Part shown: positions 27,601 to 40,626 of the stretch, piece after piece
Position numbering within the stretch: position 1 is the stretch's first letter
How the letters are laid out: each line of letters starts with the position of its first letter
Source: Squalus acanthias
Lineage: Eukaryota
Direction: 5' to 3'
Assembly: GCA_030390025.1 (NCBI GenBank)
Contig: CM059432.1
Coordinates: forward strand, 69,938,001 to 70,002,000
Length of the DNA: 64,000 bases
The notes under the pieces: model-generated
What the model was told of the DNA's origin: nothing
Database searches by the model: none
What the model saw: the letters and a program-made list of their open reading frames with translations, nothing else
Position numbers and translations under genes: made by a program

Positions 27601-28924
27601 AGTAATGTCGCGTCCCTGCAGCATCCCTGGAGTGAGGCTGCATTTTCTTAAAGCAAGGCTGACATTTTAGAAAGCAGTCTCGAGCCCTTAAAGGTGAACT
27701 GCCTTCTGCAAAAAAAGAAAATCATTCAAAAATACGCAGTCTCGAGCCTTTAAAGGTGAACTGCCTTCTGCACATAAAAAATGGTAAAAGTGCTTCAGCA
27801 CTAACACAAATGGCTCAACAGGCCAGGGAAAGGACACCCATGGTCTTGCATGTAACACTCCAGCTTTGTGCAGGGGATCAACACTGGATGAGAGGTTCTC
27901 TACCCACAGGGGCCAGGAGGCACTCCAGAAAGAAGGACGTGGGACCATATTGCCGAGGTCATTCCTGTGCCAGCAGTGTCACCCCCAGGACCTGGCTCCA
28001 GTGCCCTAAGAAGTTTCATGACCTCAGGTGAGTGGTCAGGGTCAGTGAATGCATCTTTAAAAGCCGTCTCCTACCAACTGCACCACCAGCCTCACACACT
28101 GCTCAATGCAAGACCCCCCCACCCCCCTGCCATCACTCACCTACCAACAATCTCACATTCCTAGCTAAATCTCACCCCCTTGGAGGAGACGGTGCTGGCT
28201 ATTCTTGGCAGGGGCATGGTTGAGCCCTTGGCCAGCAGCAAGGCTGAAAGAATACAAGATGCCGATATCCTCATACGTTGTGCTCCTTCTAACATCCCAC
28301 TTCCCCCTTATCCCACAATATCTTCTGATGTACAAGCTGCGCATGCTGTAAGCATGCACCTCTTGCTTTCCTGCCCTCACCTCACCACAACCCTATCCTT
28401 GTGCCTTCCTCATTTCAGACACCCAAGAAATCCAGCGTGCCCAGCCAGTGGTTCACCAAGAAGAAGGAGAGGAGAGTGAAGAAGAAGAAGCACCATCACT
28501 CGATTTGACATACCCAGCCACTAGGTCCTCAACATTGTTCTGCAAGGCCATCTGCAGTGTCCCCCACTGAAAGCCAGTAGTCTTCCACCAGCCGTGCTGC
28601 AGCCATTGGGGTAGCACTGCGTGACATCACTAGGATAGGCAAAGACACACGGAAGACAATCGCTAAGGAAATGCACAAGGGTGATTAGTTGATTTTTTTT
28701 AATGTAATATTGGATGCATATATGGATAAAGTTGGATTGGAAAGTTTGCTTTGTGATGGCTTTTATTTCAGCATTGTGGCCAAGAGGACGCTGTGATGGT
28801 CAGTAACAGAGGGAAGGGAAGGTGTGGGACAAATGTTGAAAGGGGAATTAGGGTTGTGGTCACAGGTACCGCAAGCGGATGATTCCATCCCGGATATCCC
28901 GGCCAGAAAGGGGCTCTCTGGGTT

Positions 28925-29210
28925 AAACATAGAAACATAGAATCTAGGAGCAGGAGTAGGCCATTCGGCCCGTCGAGCCTGCTCCGCCATTCAATACGAT
29001 CATGGCTGATCATCCAAATTCAGCACCCTGCCCCTGCTTTAATCCCCACAGTACACATATCCCACCCTACCCCCGTAACCCCACGTATTTAATTCCCCCT
29101 AACATATCCCATCCTATCCCCATAACCCCACATATTTAATCCCCCCTAACACTAAGGGTCAATTTATCATAGCCAAATCAACCTAACCCACACATTTTTG
29201 GACTTGGATT
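28925..29210 (-). mobile_element. 5'-truncated SINE with a CR1-derived tail (HE1/V-SINE-like)
   Basis: A non-CR1 core (tccaaaaatgtgtgggttaggttgatttggctatgataaattgacccttagtgt) is joined to a CR1 3' tail. Flanked by TGGGTT repeats and absent from Harbinger copy 1. Confidence 0.65.
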
Positions 29211-29989
29211 TTTGGGTTGCCTCCTTCCTACCACTTCCTCCTCTTCTGCTTCCTCCACTTCTGCTTCCTCCTCTTCTGCTTTTTCCTCTTCCCTCTGCGA
29301 GCAGCTTGTCACCTTTGCTTGCTCTGATTCATCGCCATGTGATGTTGCAGCCCAAGGGGGACTGCAGTGAGAGCCCCCAAGACTGTGAGCAAGTGGTGTT
29401 CTCAGAGCCCTTCCTTTAACATCCAAAGCATTGCAAGCATCCAGCAGCACAATTTAACAACTTTTTTAATGTATTGCATCAAGCCACTACTTCAATAATT
29501 TTTTTAAAAGTCCAAAAGCTGAAATCGAACTTATCTGAAAGAAGCGCTGACAGCGTTTCTGTACAACTGCTGCACGCATGTTCTTCCGTGTGTGGTTAGG
29601 AAAAGTGTGGTATGGCATGTGACAACGTCCAAAATCGCAGTCGTGCGTCAAACAGGCGTTGCACGTTGAATAAAGTCATTATCTGCACACTTATATTGGA
29701 GAGGCAAGTGCAGGCAACGGCAGCGCTGCCGACCTCTCCAAAATGGCTTTCGCCGTGTCCTGAGCCGGAAGCAGGCAGCCGGCATTTGTTCAAGAAAACC
29801 GGCGTTAACTACAGGGAATTTCTAGGCCGACAAATTTTATTATTTTGTCCTTTGAATGAATTTCCATATGCAGCTGGATCTCCTAGCAACCATTAATGTG
29901 GGCATGAAATCCACCTGGCATCCCCCACACTCTAACACGAAGCAGGCCTATTTGCCATACAAGGATCTTATATAGGGCCAACAATGCCA

Positions 29990-30186
29990 TCTAATGTTCT
30001 TTAGGGAAGGAAATCTGCCATCTTTACCCAGTCTAGCCTTTATGTGACTCCCACAGCAATGTGGTTGACTCTTAACTGCCCTCTGAAATGGTGGCTCACC
30101 GCCACCCTCTCAAGGGCAATTAGGGATGGGCAATAAATGCTGGCCTTGCCAGCGACACCCACATCCTGTAAATGATTTTGTTTTAA
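29990..30186 (+). mobile_element. 3' part of a SINE sharing its tail with the 8580-11135 LINE
   Basis: ggctcaccgccaccctctcaagggcaattagggatgggcaataaatgctggccttgccagcg aligns by eye with 11039-11100. Confidence 0.7.
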
Positions 30187-30544
30187 ATGTCTCAGAGGGA
30201 TCAATTTCAGTTAGGATGTCAGCAAAACATCAAGGGAGGAGCAATCACTTTAAGTCGGTTCTTCAGTATTCATGGGCTTGACTAGCCCATGACCCTCCCC
30301 TCCCTCAATGGAGCTGCTATTGCGGAATCGCATTTACTCTGTGGAGAAGGCACCCTGTAGTACCATTACTGACATAGACACCCATGCCTATTATTGAAAT
30401 GACTAACGGGGTTAGGATGAAGGCAAATGGGCAGGTAGAAGTCCCAATCCACTAAACTTCTGACAGCTCCTAGGATTTCTATCCCATGATTATATTTTGG
30501 TACAAGAACAAGATTGTGGAGCATGAGTCAAATGATTATGAATC

Positions 30545-30953
30545 TTGGCCTTGGCTCAGTAGTAGCACTCTCGCCTCGGAGTCAGAATGCTGTGAGTTCA
30601 TGTCCCAGTCCAGACGCTTGAGCACATAATCTAGGATGGCACTTCTGTGTAGTGGTGAGGTAGAGTTGCACAGTCGGAGGTGCCATACACACAAGAGATG
30701 ATGAGATGTTAAACTGGGGCCCCATCGGCCCTCTCAGGTGGATATAAAAGTACCATCGGCCAACTTTCATCCCTCAACCAACACCTAAAACATATGATCT
30801 GTCTGTTTGTGGGAGTGTGCTGTGTGCAAATTAACTGCTGCGTTTCCTATATTACCACAGTGACTACACTTCAAAAGTGCTTCATTCCCTCTCAACTCTT
30901 TGAGACGTCTTGAGGTTGTGAAAGGTGCTATATAAATCAAGTCTTTCTTTCTT
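30545..30953 (+). mobile_element. tRNA-derived SINE, DeuSINE/SacSINE1-like
   Basis: A-box TGGCTCAGTAG, degenerate B-box, body homologous to 59281-59745, and an L2-like tail. Confidence 0.8.
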
Positions 30954-30969
30954 GACACTCGCTCTGGGC

Positions 30970-32345
30970 TGTACTGAAGGACTCCTCCTGAGCTGTGCAG
31001 ACAGCTGAAAGGTTGTTTCAGGATGCCAATGGTTTGCTCAATCAGAACCTAGTGGCTGTACGGCTCTCATTATGTTGGCACTTGCCATGTGTGTCTGGAT
31101 TCCTAAGAGGAGTCATGAGCCAATTGGTGAAAGGATAGCCTTTGTCCCCCAACAGCGAGCCTGCCGCCCAATGGTTTGGGTGGAACAGAAGGGAGTATTG
31201 AGGACTGGCAAAATATGAAAGCCAGTCAGGAAACTGGGTACAGACCTGCAGGACTGCCTGCTTGTGGTCACAAACAAGTTAAACATTAAGCAAAGGGAAA
31301 CCATTACTGTTGAGAATCAGTCTTGGTTCGTGATGGGGAACACGCAGGGCTATGTCTGTGCAGTCTATGATGCCCTGCACCTGCAGGGATCCAGCAACGT
31401 GAGCAAATCCCAGTGCTTTTTCTTCCTGCTTGTCAACCTCAACGGGCAAGCTGATGAACTGTTGTTGCCTCGCAAACCGAGCATCAGTAACCTTCCAGAT
31501 CGCAATGCACAAAGTAAACTGGCTCATGTTGCTGATGTTCCGAGAAGCAGTTTGGAAGGAGCCATAGCCATAAAAGCTTAGAGCCACAATGACCTTCACT
31601 GGCACAGGCAGTGCAGTGCAAGCCCTGGTGTTGGGCTCCAATTCTAGCTTCAACAGATGGCACAGGTCTTACACACTGTGCGTCTGTGAGGTTCAGTAAT
31701 TACGTTTTGCTCCGGAATACCCACATGCTGTCAGGCCTCCTGCCCTCTTGCCTCTTTTGCTCTCTTCTCGCAGCCTGTGCAGGTCTTTGCTGCCTTTCTT
31801 GCTGCTGCTTCTTCTGATTTGGGACCCTCAAGGGTAAGTCCAGCAGCATTTCCATACTCAGCAACTGAGAACAAGCAAATCCTGTGAACCAGTTCCTGAC
31901 CTCCACAAACTCATTGTGCAAAAGTATCTCACAACCAAACATGCCAAATCAGCCAAAAATGTGAACCAAAAGCTCCCTATAAGCCTAAAACAACTAACCA
32001 GAGACTTGCCTTAATGGAGGTAAGGATCCCTTTAAATACCGCTTGTGAAAGCTGCTGGCTGACTGTTCCCGCCACGAGTTGCTGGGCGGACTAAGGAATT
32101 GACATTTCAGGAGCACACACAATAATTTCACAAAAGGGATCTGATTTAGATGCAGGACCTTTATTAATACCATTTAAATGATGTCTGCATTTGTTTCAGG
32201 AAGGCGTCAAGGACACCTATTGAGCGTTCGAGCCAATATGGCGTCAGACACCGTTCCGGCGCGGAACATTTGGCTGCAAAATTTCACTTCATGGCGCCCT
32301 TTTTGGATCCAGAAAATGAGCGAACCGCATACCCCACTAAATTTA
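30970..32345 (-). pseudogene. Decayed Harbinger transposase region
   Basis: VKVIVALSFYGYGSFQ...GFAHVAGSLQVQGIIDCTDIALR (ORF 31279-31653) with stops and frameshifts around it. Confidence 0.8.
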
Positions 32346-32434
32346 AAATTACTGCATAATTTTACACATTTTTGTTTATTTAAGAAATTAATTAACTTTG
32401 AATTGCTGTTAGAATTATTGAATTTCTTTTTCAG

Positions 32435-32513
32435 ATCTCAAGATATATATGAAGGAGTTATATGTAACTGAAGTTACTTACCCAAGGAAGGTTTATGTTT
32501 TTACACTAAATGA
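32435..32513 (+). CDS. Host gene exon, PLAT domain 1 C-terminal strands
   Basis: Acceptor tttctttttcag, donor gtaagt. The 79 nt (phase 1 to 2) read (N)LKIYMKELYVTEVTYPRKVYVFTLN(E). Phases match both neighbouring exons. Confidence 0.8.
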
Positions 32514-32534
32514 GTAAGTAACATTTCCTGTGTA

Positions 32535-35500
32535 TATTAGAATCATACAGCACAGAAGGAGGCCATTCAGCCCCTGTTGCCTGTACCGGCTCTTTGAAAA
32601 AGCTATCCAATTAGGCCCACTCCCCTGTTCCTCCTCCATAGCACTGCAAATTTTTCCTTTTCAAGTATATATCCAATTCCCTTTTGAAAGTTACTATTGA
32701 ATTTGCCTCTACCACCCTTTAAGGCAGCGCATTCCAGATCATAACAACTCACTGCATAAAAAACGTTCTCATCATCTATCCTCTGGATCTTTCCCCAATT
32801 ATCTTAAATCTGTGTCCTCTGGTTACCGATCCCCCCTCCCAGTGGAAACAGTTTCTTCATATTTACTCTAACAAAACCCTTCATAATTTTGAACCACTCA
32901 ATTAAATCTCCCCTTAACCTTCTCTGTTATAAGGAGAACAATCCCAGCTTCTCTAGTCTCTCCATATAACTGAAGTCCCTCATCCCTGGTACTATTCTAG
33001 TAAATCTCCTCTGCACCCTCTCCAAGGCCTTGACATCCTTCCTAAAGTGTGGTGCCCAGAATTGAACACAATACACCAGCTAAGGCCTAACCACTGTTTT
33101 ATAAAAGTTTAGCATAACTTCCTTGCTTTTATACTCTATGCCTCTATTTATAAAGCCAAGGATCTCGTATTTTTTTTTAACATTACCAACTTCTCCTGCC
33201 ACCTTCAAAGATTTGTGTATGTGAACCCCCAGGTCTCTCTGTTCCTGCACCATCTTTAAAATTGTACCATTTAGTTCATAATGCCTCTCCTCATTCTTCC
33301 CTCCAAAATACATCACTTCACACTTCTTTGCATTAAATTTTGTCTGCCCATTTCGCCAGTCTGTCTGTGTCCTCCTGAAGGCCGCCACTATCCTCCTCAT
33401 TGTTCACTATATTTTTGAGATTTGTTTCATTTACAAACTTGGAAATTATGCCTCCATATACAAGTACAGGCCATCAAAAAGAGCAGTGGCCCTAATACCG
33501 ACCCCTGGGGAACATCACTGTATAAGTCCCTCCAGTCAGAAAAATAACCGTTCCCCACTACTCTCTGCTTTCTGTCTCTTAGCCAGTTTTGCACCCATGC
33601 TGCCACTGCCCCATTAATCCCACGTGCTTCAATTTTGCTAACAGGTATATTATGTAGCACTTTATCAATCACCTTTGAAAGTCCATATGCACAACATTAA
33701 CTGCATTACCTTAGAATCACAGAGCAGTGAAGCACAGAAGGAGGCCACTTGGCCCATCGAGTCTGCGTCAGTGCTTTCAAAGAGTAACCCAGTTAGTCCC
33801 ACTCCTTGACTCTTTTCCCCTATCCCTGCAATTTTTTCTCCTTCAAGTATTTATCAATTCCTTTTTGATAGCTATTATTCAATCTGTATCCACCACCCTA
33901 TCAGGCAGTGCATTCTAAATCCTAACCACTTGTTGCATAAAAAAAATGTATCCTCATGTCGCCTCTGGTTCTTTTGCCAATCACCTTAAATCTGTGCCCT
34001 CTCGTTATCGACCCTTCAGCCATTGGGAACAGTTTCTCTTTATTTATCTAAACCATTCATGATTTTAAATGCCTCTATCAAATCTCTTCTTAGCCTTCTC
34101 TGCTCCAAGGAGAACAACCCCAGCTTCTCCAGTCTATCCACGTAACTCTAATCCCGCATCCCTGGAACCATTTTAGTAAATCTCTTCTGTACCCTCTCCA
34201 AAACCTTCACGTCCTTCCTAAAATATGGTGCCCAGAATTGGACACAGTACTCCAGCTGGGGCTGAACTAGTGTTTTATATAGTTTTAGCATATCTTGCTG
34301 GCTTTTGTACTCTCTGCCTCTATTTATAAAGCCCAAGATCCCATATGCTTTATTAACTGCTTTGTTAACCTGTTAACCTTCAAAGATTTGTGAACAAACA
34401 CCCCCATGTCTCTCTGTTCTTGCACCCCCTTTAAAATTGTACCATTTAGCTTGTTTTGTCTCTCCTCATTCTTCCTGCCAAAATGTATCACCTCACACTT
34501 TTCTGCGTTGAATTTCATCTGCCATGTATACCCCATTCCATTAGCCTGTCTGTGTCTTCTTGAAGTCTATTACTATCTTCCTCAGTGTTTACTACACTCC
34601 CAAATTTTGTGTCATCTACAAATTTCAAAATTGTGCTCTGTACCCCCAAGTCCAAGTCATTCATGTATATCAAAAAGAGCAGTGGTCCTAGTACTGAACC
34701 CTGGAGAACACCACTGTGTATCTCCCTCCAGTCCATAAACAGCCATTCACCACAACTCTCTGTTTTCTATCCCTTAGCCAATTTTGTATCCATGCTGCTA
34801 ATACCCCTCTTATCCCATGCGCTTCAATTTTACTAACAAGCCTATTATGTGGTACTTTATCAAATGCCTTTTGAAGGTCCATATACACAACATCGACTAA
34901 ACTGCCCTCATCCACCCTCTCCGTTACCTTTTCAAAAAACTCAATCAAATTACTCAACACAATTTGCCCATAACAAATCTCCTTTATTAGTCCATACTTG
35001 TCCAAGTGTCTGTTAATTTTCTCCCGGATTATTGTTTCCAAAAGCTTCTCTACCACTGACGTTAAACTGACTAGCCTTTAATTATCCTTCTCTCCTTTTT
35101 TGAACAAGCAAGGAGGCTTCAAGGGGATATAGACAGGCTAAGTGAGTGGGCAAGAACATGGCAAATGGAATATAATGTGGAGAAATGTGAAGTTATTCCC
35201 TTTGGTAGGAAAAATAGAAAAGCAGAGTATTTTTTAAATGGTGAGAGATTGGGAAATGTTGGTGTTCAGAGGGACCTGGGTGTCCTTGTACACGAATCAC
35301 TGAAAGTTAACATGCAGGTACAGCAAGCAATTAGGAAAGCAAATGGTATGTTGGCCTTTATTACAAGAGGATTTGAGTATAAGAGTAAAGACGTCTTACT
35401 GCAATTATATAGGGCCCTGGTGAGACCACACATGTAGTATTGTGTACAGTTTGGTCTCCTTACCTAAGGAAGGATGTACTTGCCATAGAGGGAGTGCAAT

Positions 35501-36840
35501 GAAGGTTCACCAGACTGGTTCCTGGGATAGGGGGATTGTCCTATGAGGAGAGATTGAGTAGACTAGGCCTATATTCTCTAGAGTTTCGAAGAATGAGAGG
35601 TGATCTCATTGAAACATACAAAATTCTTACAGGGCTTGACAGGGTAGATGCAGGGAGGATGTTTCCCCTGGCTGGGGAGTCTAAAACCAGGGGTTACAGT
35701 CTCAGAATAAGGGGTCGGCCATTTAGGACTGAGATGAGGAGAAATTTCTTCACTCAGATGGTGGTGAATCTTTGGAATTCTCTACTGCAGAGGGCTGTGG
35801 AGGCTCAGTCGTTGAGTATATTCAAGACAGAGATCGATAGATTTTTGAATATTAAGGGAATCAAGGGATATGGGGATAGTGCAGGAAAGTGGAGATGAGG
35901 TAGAAGATCAGCCATGATCTTATTGAATGGCGGAGCAGGCTTGAAGGGCCAAATGGTCTACTCCTGCTCCTATTTCTTATGTTCTTATGTGTAACATTTG
36001 CAATCCTCCAGTCCTCTGGCACCACCCATGTATCTAAGGAGGATCGAAGATTGTGGCCAGCACCTTCACAATTTCTACGCTTACTTCCCTCAGCAACCTA
36101 GGATGCATCCCATCTGGACCGGGTGACTTATCCACTTTAAGTCCTGCCAGCCTGTCTAGTACCTTCTCTTTATTTATTTTTATCTCATTCAGTACCCCGA
36201 CAACCTTCTTGTTTACTGTATCTTTGACAAAGTCCTCTTCCTTGGTAAATACCGATGCAAAGTACTCATTTAGTACCTGAGCCATGCCTTCTGCCTCCAC
36301 CAATAGATCCCCATTTTGGTCCCTACTCAGCTCTACCGCTCCTCTGACAACCCTTTTACTGTTAATATGCCTATAGAAAACCTTTGGATTCCCTTTTATG
36401 TTAGCCGCCTACCTATTCTCGTACTGTCTCTTTGCCCCTTATTTCCTTTTTCACTTCTCTGTACTTTTTATATTCAGCCTGATTCTCCCTTGTATTATCA
36501 AACTGACATCTGTCATACACCCCCTTTTTCTGCTTCATCCTACTCTCCAACTCCTTCATCATTCAAGGAGCTCTGGCTTTGGATGCCCTCCCTTTCCCCC
36601 CTGTGGGAATGTACCTAGACTGTACCTGAACCATCTCCTCTTTAAAGGCTGCCCATTGCTCCATTTCATTTCTACCTGCTAGTCTTTGACTCCAATTTAC
36701 CCAGGCCAGATCCTCCTCAATTCGCTGAAATTAGCCCTCCTCCAGTTAAGTATTTTAATTCTAGATTGCTCCTTGTCCTTCTCCATAACTAATCTAAACC
36801 TTATGATACTATGATCACTATTCCCGAGATGCTACCCCAA
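32535..36840 (-). mobile_element. Two tandem minus-strand CR1 copies (32535-33710; 33712-36840), the second split by a + strand CR1
   Basis: RT fragments on the - strand, with tails near 32538 and 33712. The minus copy stops at about 35108 and resumes at about 35989. Confidence 0.88.
35109..35990 (+). mobile_element. 5'-truncated CR1 inserted in the opposite orientation into another CR1
   Basis: ORFs 35165-35437 and 35536-35898 encode the CR1 RT C-terminus; tail ttcttatgttcttatgt. Confidence 0.9.
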
Positions 36841-39398
36841 CTTCATGAACTCTCCCCGAAGAACTGAATCAAGTTCGTCAGACGCAATTTGCTATTAACA
36901 AATCCGTGTTGTCTGTCATTTATTAACCCATATTTTTTCAAGTGACAATTAATTTTTGCCCGGATTATGGTATCTAAAAGTTTCCCACACAGGTTATGTT
37001 AGGTTATCAGAAATTCAAGCGTTTTACATCAATTGTCGTTGTCTGTATACTAACATAATGCCAGCAACGCCACTGTTTCACTGCTATGTCATAGTTGTTC
37101 GACAACAAAGGTAGGGAATCTTTTCGAGCATCTTGAAACCTTCTTAAAACCATACTGCATCTGATATCTGTGCCTATTTGTCCAGTATATAATTCTAGTG
37201 TGCTGATTTGCAGGGAACTATGGCATACCTTTCCATTTGTAGGTTCTGGAGTAGGAGGAGGATGAGAACAGATGCATATTAGCACTTAGGTATGCCGTCA
37301 TCCAGTGGTATAGGGCCATATCCAGACATGTTTGAAGATACCTGGATGAAGAGACAAGAACTGGATGTTCTTCATCAATGGATTTACTGCTGATAATGCA
37401 CTAGAACTATTCTTAAACCTGCCAATGTTATAACGCCAAGAGGTCACCCATATTTTGCTCCATGCACCTTCATGTTCATATTCATGCTGAGCTCCAGGCA
37501 ATACTAGTGCCCTGAATAGGAAGCATGCCTCGGGGGAGGGGGAGAGGAAAAGACACCATTGCTGCAGGCAGCCATTTTGTTTCTGTATCAATGGCTCATT
37601 ACAATATCTAGCATGGGTGCTTCTTCAGGACACCATTCCCATAGACCTGCTGGTTATTTCCAGCATTTTCTGTTTTTATTTACTACAGATTTAGAGACAC
37701 GATTAGTTGAAGTGTTACTGTCTGTAATCCAGGAACAAAGGGGCCCAATTTTTAAGCCCTATGAGAAGGAGACTTACAAAGGGCATGGTTCAGGTCTATG
37801 GAAGACATAGGCTTTGGCAGTGAGTGTTACCTCACCCCCAGTGCCTTCTGAAACCTGGGTTCTAAAAGAAAGTACCACCTTAATCTCCCAAGGCTCTTGC
37901 TACAATTTGTTAATTACCTTAGAACCTCCTGCCACTGTAGTAGGTATAGGAGGCTAAGACTGAAAGGGCACACAATAGTAAGCACCAAGGGGAGGTACAG
38001 TAGCTTTAAATAGTAAGTGGTTTGGCAGATTTGTTGTCAGTGAGATGTTTTTGTCACTGACGGGATATGTGCAAAATGATTTGGAGCAAGGTAGGGGAAT
38101 GCCCGTGCGAAAGAGTCATAGAATGATCAAATGGGAACCATTGAAGTAGTGTTACATGTCAGCGAGTGACGGATTTGAGTATGTTGCCAAAAGGAAACTG
38201 AAGGCAGGGCTTAGTGGCATTGGCCTCAGATCCTAGTCAGCTGAAGATCTCCTTTATGAGCTGTGCCCACAGCTGTCTGGCAGCTGGCACAGCTCAGTTA
38301 TTGCTTTGTGATTGAAGGGCAGTCTTCACAAGCATTTACAGGGGTCACCTACATTTGCAGATGGGAGGCGTTGTTACGGTGGGTGCTACCTACTGTTGCT
38401 GTTCAGCCTAGCATCCCTACGGTGATCTTCCTAATCCTCCTCTTCCTCCTCAAAGCAGAGGAACAGGGAAGCACCAGGGAAGAGCTCACTGGTGCCCGAA
38501 GTCCAGTTTGCAATATTAAATTTAATAAACACTGGAAAAACAATGAAATATACACTTACTTAAAAACCCATCAAAAATTTTAAAGAAACAAATAAAATTA
38601 AGAAAACTTTTAAAATCATTATAAAATTCTTTTTTTTTAAGTTTTAAAAACGTAATTAATAAAATGTAGATACCTCCTTTCAGGCTACTTCTGGCCTTCA
38701 ATAATGGAGCCCACCATAAGCAGGCCCACACGTCTCCTCCCTGAGGTGTTATCTACCACCAGAGGCCACTGTGCAATAGTAGAGGGGAATGTGTCCCTGC
38801 ACCAAACCCCACCCACCCATCATTATTTACATATGGTGGGGAGAGGGTGCAGTAGCTGTCCACCCCAGCAGGGCTGAAGGAAGGTCTGCTGGTAAACTTT
38901 TGGGACAGATATCTGGTGTTGGGCCTCAACCCCATATAGAATCATAGAATGGTTACAGCACAGAAAGAGGCCATTCGGCCCGTCGAGCCCTTGCCGGCTC
39001 TCTGCAAGAGCACTTCGGCTAGTCCCACTCTCCCGCCCTTTCCCCATAGCCCTGCAAATAATTTCCCTCTATTGGCCGTCTCAGCTACACCAGTAAACGG
39101 GCAGCCAAATGGAGGAAAATACAGCACTAAAACTCCTGGAGGTCATAACAGAGTCATGCACACTTCCACAATAAGACTTGAGACCCACTTTCAGCATAGG
39201 CACAGCTCCGTCAGTGTAAGAAAAGAAAAAACTTGCATTTATATAGCATTTCATCCCAAAGCACTTTACATGCAATTAATTACTTTTGAAGTTTAATCAC
39301 TGTTGCTTTGTAGGCAAACACAGCAGACAATTTGCACAGTTTCCTTTCAAGCTATTATTTCCACTTAATTTAATTGTCTATTGTGTTTTCACTTATAG

Positions 39399-39690
39399 GC
39401 ATATTGCTGTTCATTCCAAAAAGCCACCCATTATAAAGAAAGTTCCATTGTCTGGCATGCTTAGCAATGAACACACACGAGCACAACAAGTGCCCCAAGT
39501 TAAGGATTCAAATAGCACCGGAACCTCAAAAGCATTAGATGAATACTTGGTCAAAGTCCACACTGGAGATCATTTTGGAGACAGTACAAATGCCAATGTT
39601 TATATTGTCTTATTTGGTGACATGGCACATTCAAACAGGATTCTTTTAACAGAAACAGCTGATCATCAGAATCCATTTCGAAAAGGACAG
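39399..39690 (+). CDS. Host gene exon: end of PLAT 1, linker, start of PLAT 2
   Basis: Acceptor ttttcacttatag, donor CAG|gtaagg. The 292 nt (phase 2 to 0) include EYLVKVHTGDHFGDSTNANVYIVLFGDMAHSNRILL...NPFRKGQ, a canonical PLAT/LH2 N-terminal signature. Confidence 0.92.
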
Positions 39691-39788
39691 GTAAGGAAAC
39701 ACCTCAAACTGGTCAGAGAAGGAAAATGTACTGTTTATACTTTGTACTGTTTAACCTTCTGTTATGTATTCCTCTGATAATTTCTTAG

Positions 39789-39867
39789 GCTGACACATTC
39801 AAAATCAAAACAGATCTACTGGGTAGCCTGTACAAAATTGAAATTGGTCATGATGGGGGTAAACCTG
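39789..39867 (+). CDS. Host gene exon, PLAT domain 2 middle
   Basis: Acceptor tttcttag, donor gtaagc. The 79 nt read ADTFKIKTDLLGSLYKIEIGHDGGKP(G), matching the PLAT D-x-F...LG-x-L-x-KI-x-IGHD motif. Confidence 0.92.
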
Positions 39868-39997
39868 GTAAGCAGAGCATTGAAGAAAAACTTAACCCCA
39901 TTTGGTATGCTTTACCTGTGGGAGCCATTACATTTGTAATATGCTTGACAATTTATCTGCCTGTCAAAGTTTCTAAATACTAAATATTTCTTTACAG

Positions 39998-40073
39998 GAA
40001 GTGGATGGTTCCTTGAAAATGTTGAGATAACTAATCAAGTAACTGGCGAAAACCATGTTTTTCCATGTAACAG
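39998..40073 (+). CDS. Host gene exon, PLAT domain 2 C-terminal strands
   Basis: Acceptor tttctttacag, donor AG|gtgtgt. The 76 nt read (G)SGWFLENVEITNQVTGENHVFPCN(R), matching the PLAT GWFL...FPCNRW motif. Confidence 0.92.
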
Positions 40074-40496
40074 GTGTGTTAAAAATGGTATACATGCCTG
40101 GATTGCTTTATTTTTGGTTACTGCTGAACTTTTTAAAAGACTATATTTAAGCAGTTTACTTTTTATTATTATTCCATTTCAATTCTTTCTATTTATTTTT
40201 ATTTTATTTCATTCATACTAGAGTTGTTTAATGAGAAACCATAAACCATTGTTATTAATACTTTTGGCCACTATGAAAGATGAGTTTGTCTTTAATAAGC
40301 AGAAAATTAGGCACAGCAGCCTTTTAGGTTTGTTCGTGAGATTTGATCGGAGAAGTTTGGATATTTAAATTGAAATTGCTTGTCATAAAAAATACTGATA
40401 CACTATCTGATATTACAAACAGAAAAATGATCAGAATAATATATTTGAGTCAAATATTCTAATAAAATGTGGTAAATTAATGATGTGAATACAATA

Positions 40497-40626
40497 GCAA
40501 AATACTGCAGATGCTGGAAATCTGAAATAAAAACAGAAAATGCTGGAAATACTCAGCAGGTCAGACAGCAGCTGTAGAGAGAAAAACAGAGTTAACGTTT
40601 CAGGTCGATGACCTGTCGTCAGAACT
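40497..40626 (-). mobile_element. Second Penelope-type pLTR fragment with a hammerhead motif (40590-40626)
   Basis: The minus strand reads AGTT-CTGACGA-C-AGGTC(ATC)GACCT-GAA-ACGT-T-AACT followed by a conserved tail. Decayed relatives lie at about 14250-14345 and 37640-37690. Confidence 0.65.

Larger units (their letters stand above)
25557..29828. mobile_element. Non-autonomous Harbinger deletion derivative (copy 2 of the 6489-11452 family)
   Basis: Collinear with copy 1; ends GGCATAGAAAAT and AATTTCTAGGCC; carries different nested insertions. Confidence 0.85.

Noticed and set aside
36850..38520. Further Harbinger remnants
   Set aside because: Weak Myb-like and transposase-like hints only; too decayed to delimit by eye.
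39286..39777. Standalone 163-aa ORF
   Set aside because: It begins in a SINE tail and intron and reads through a splice donor. Only 39399-39690 is exonic.
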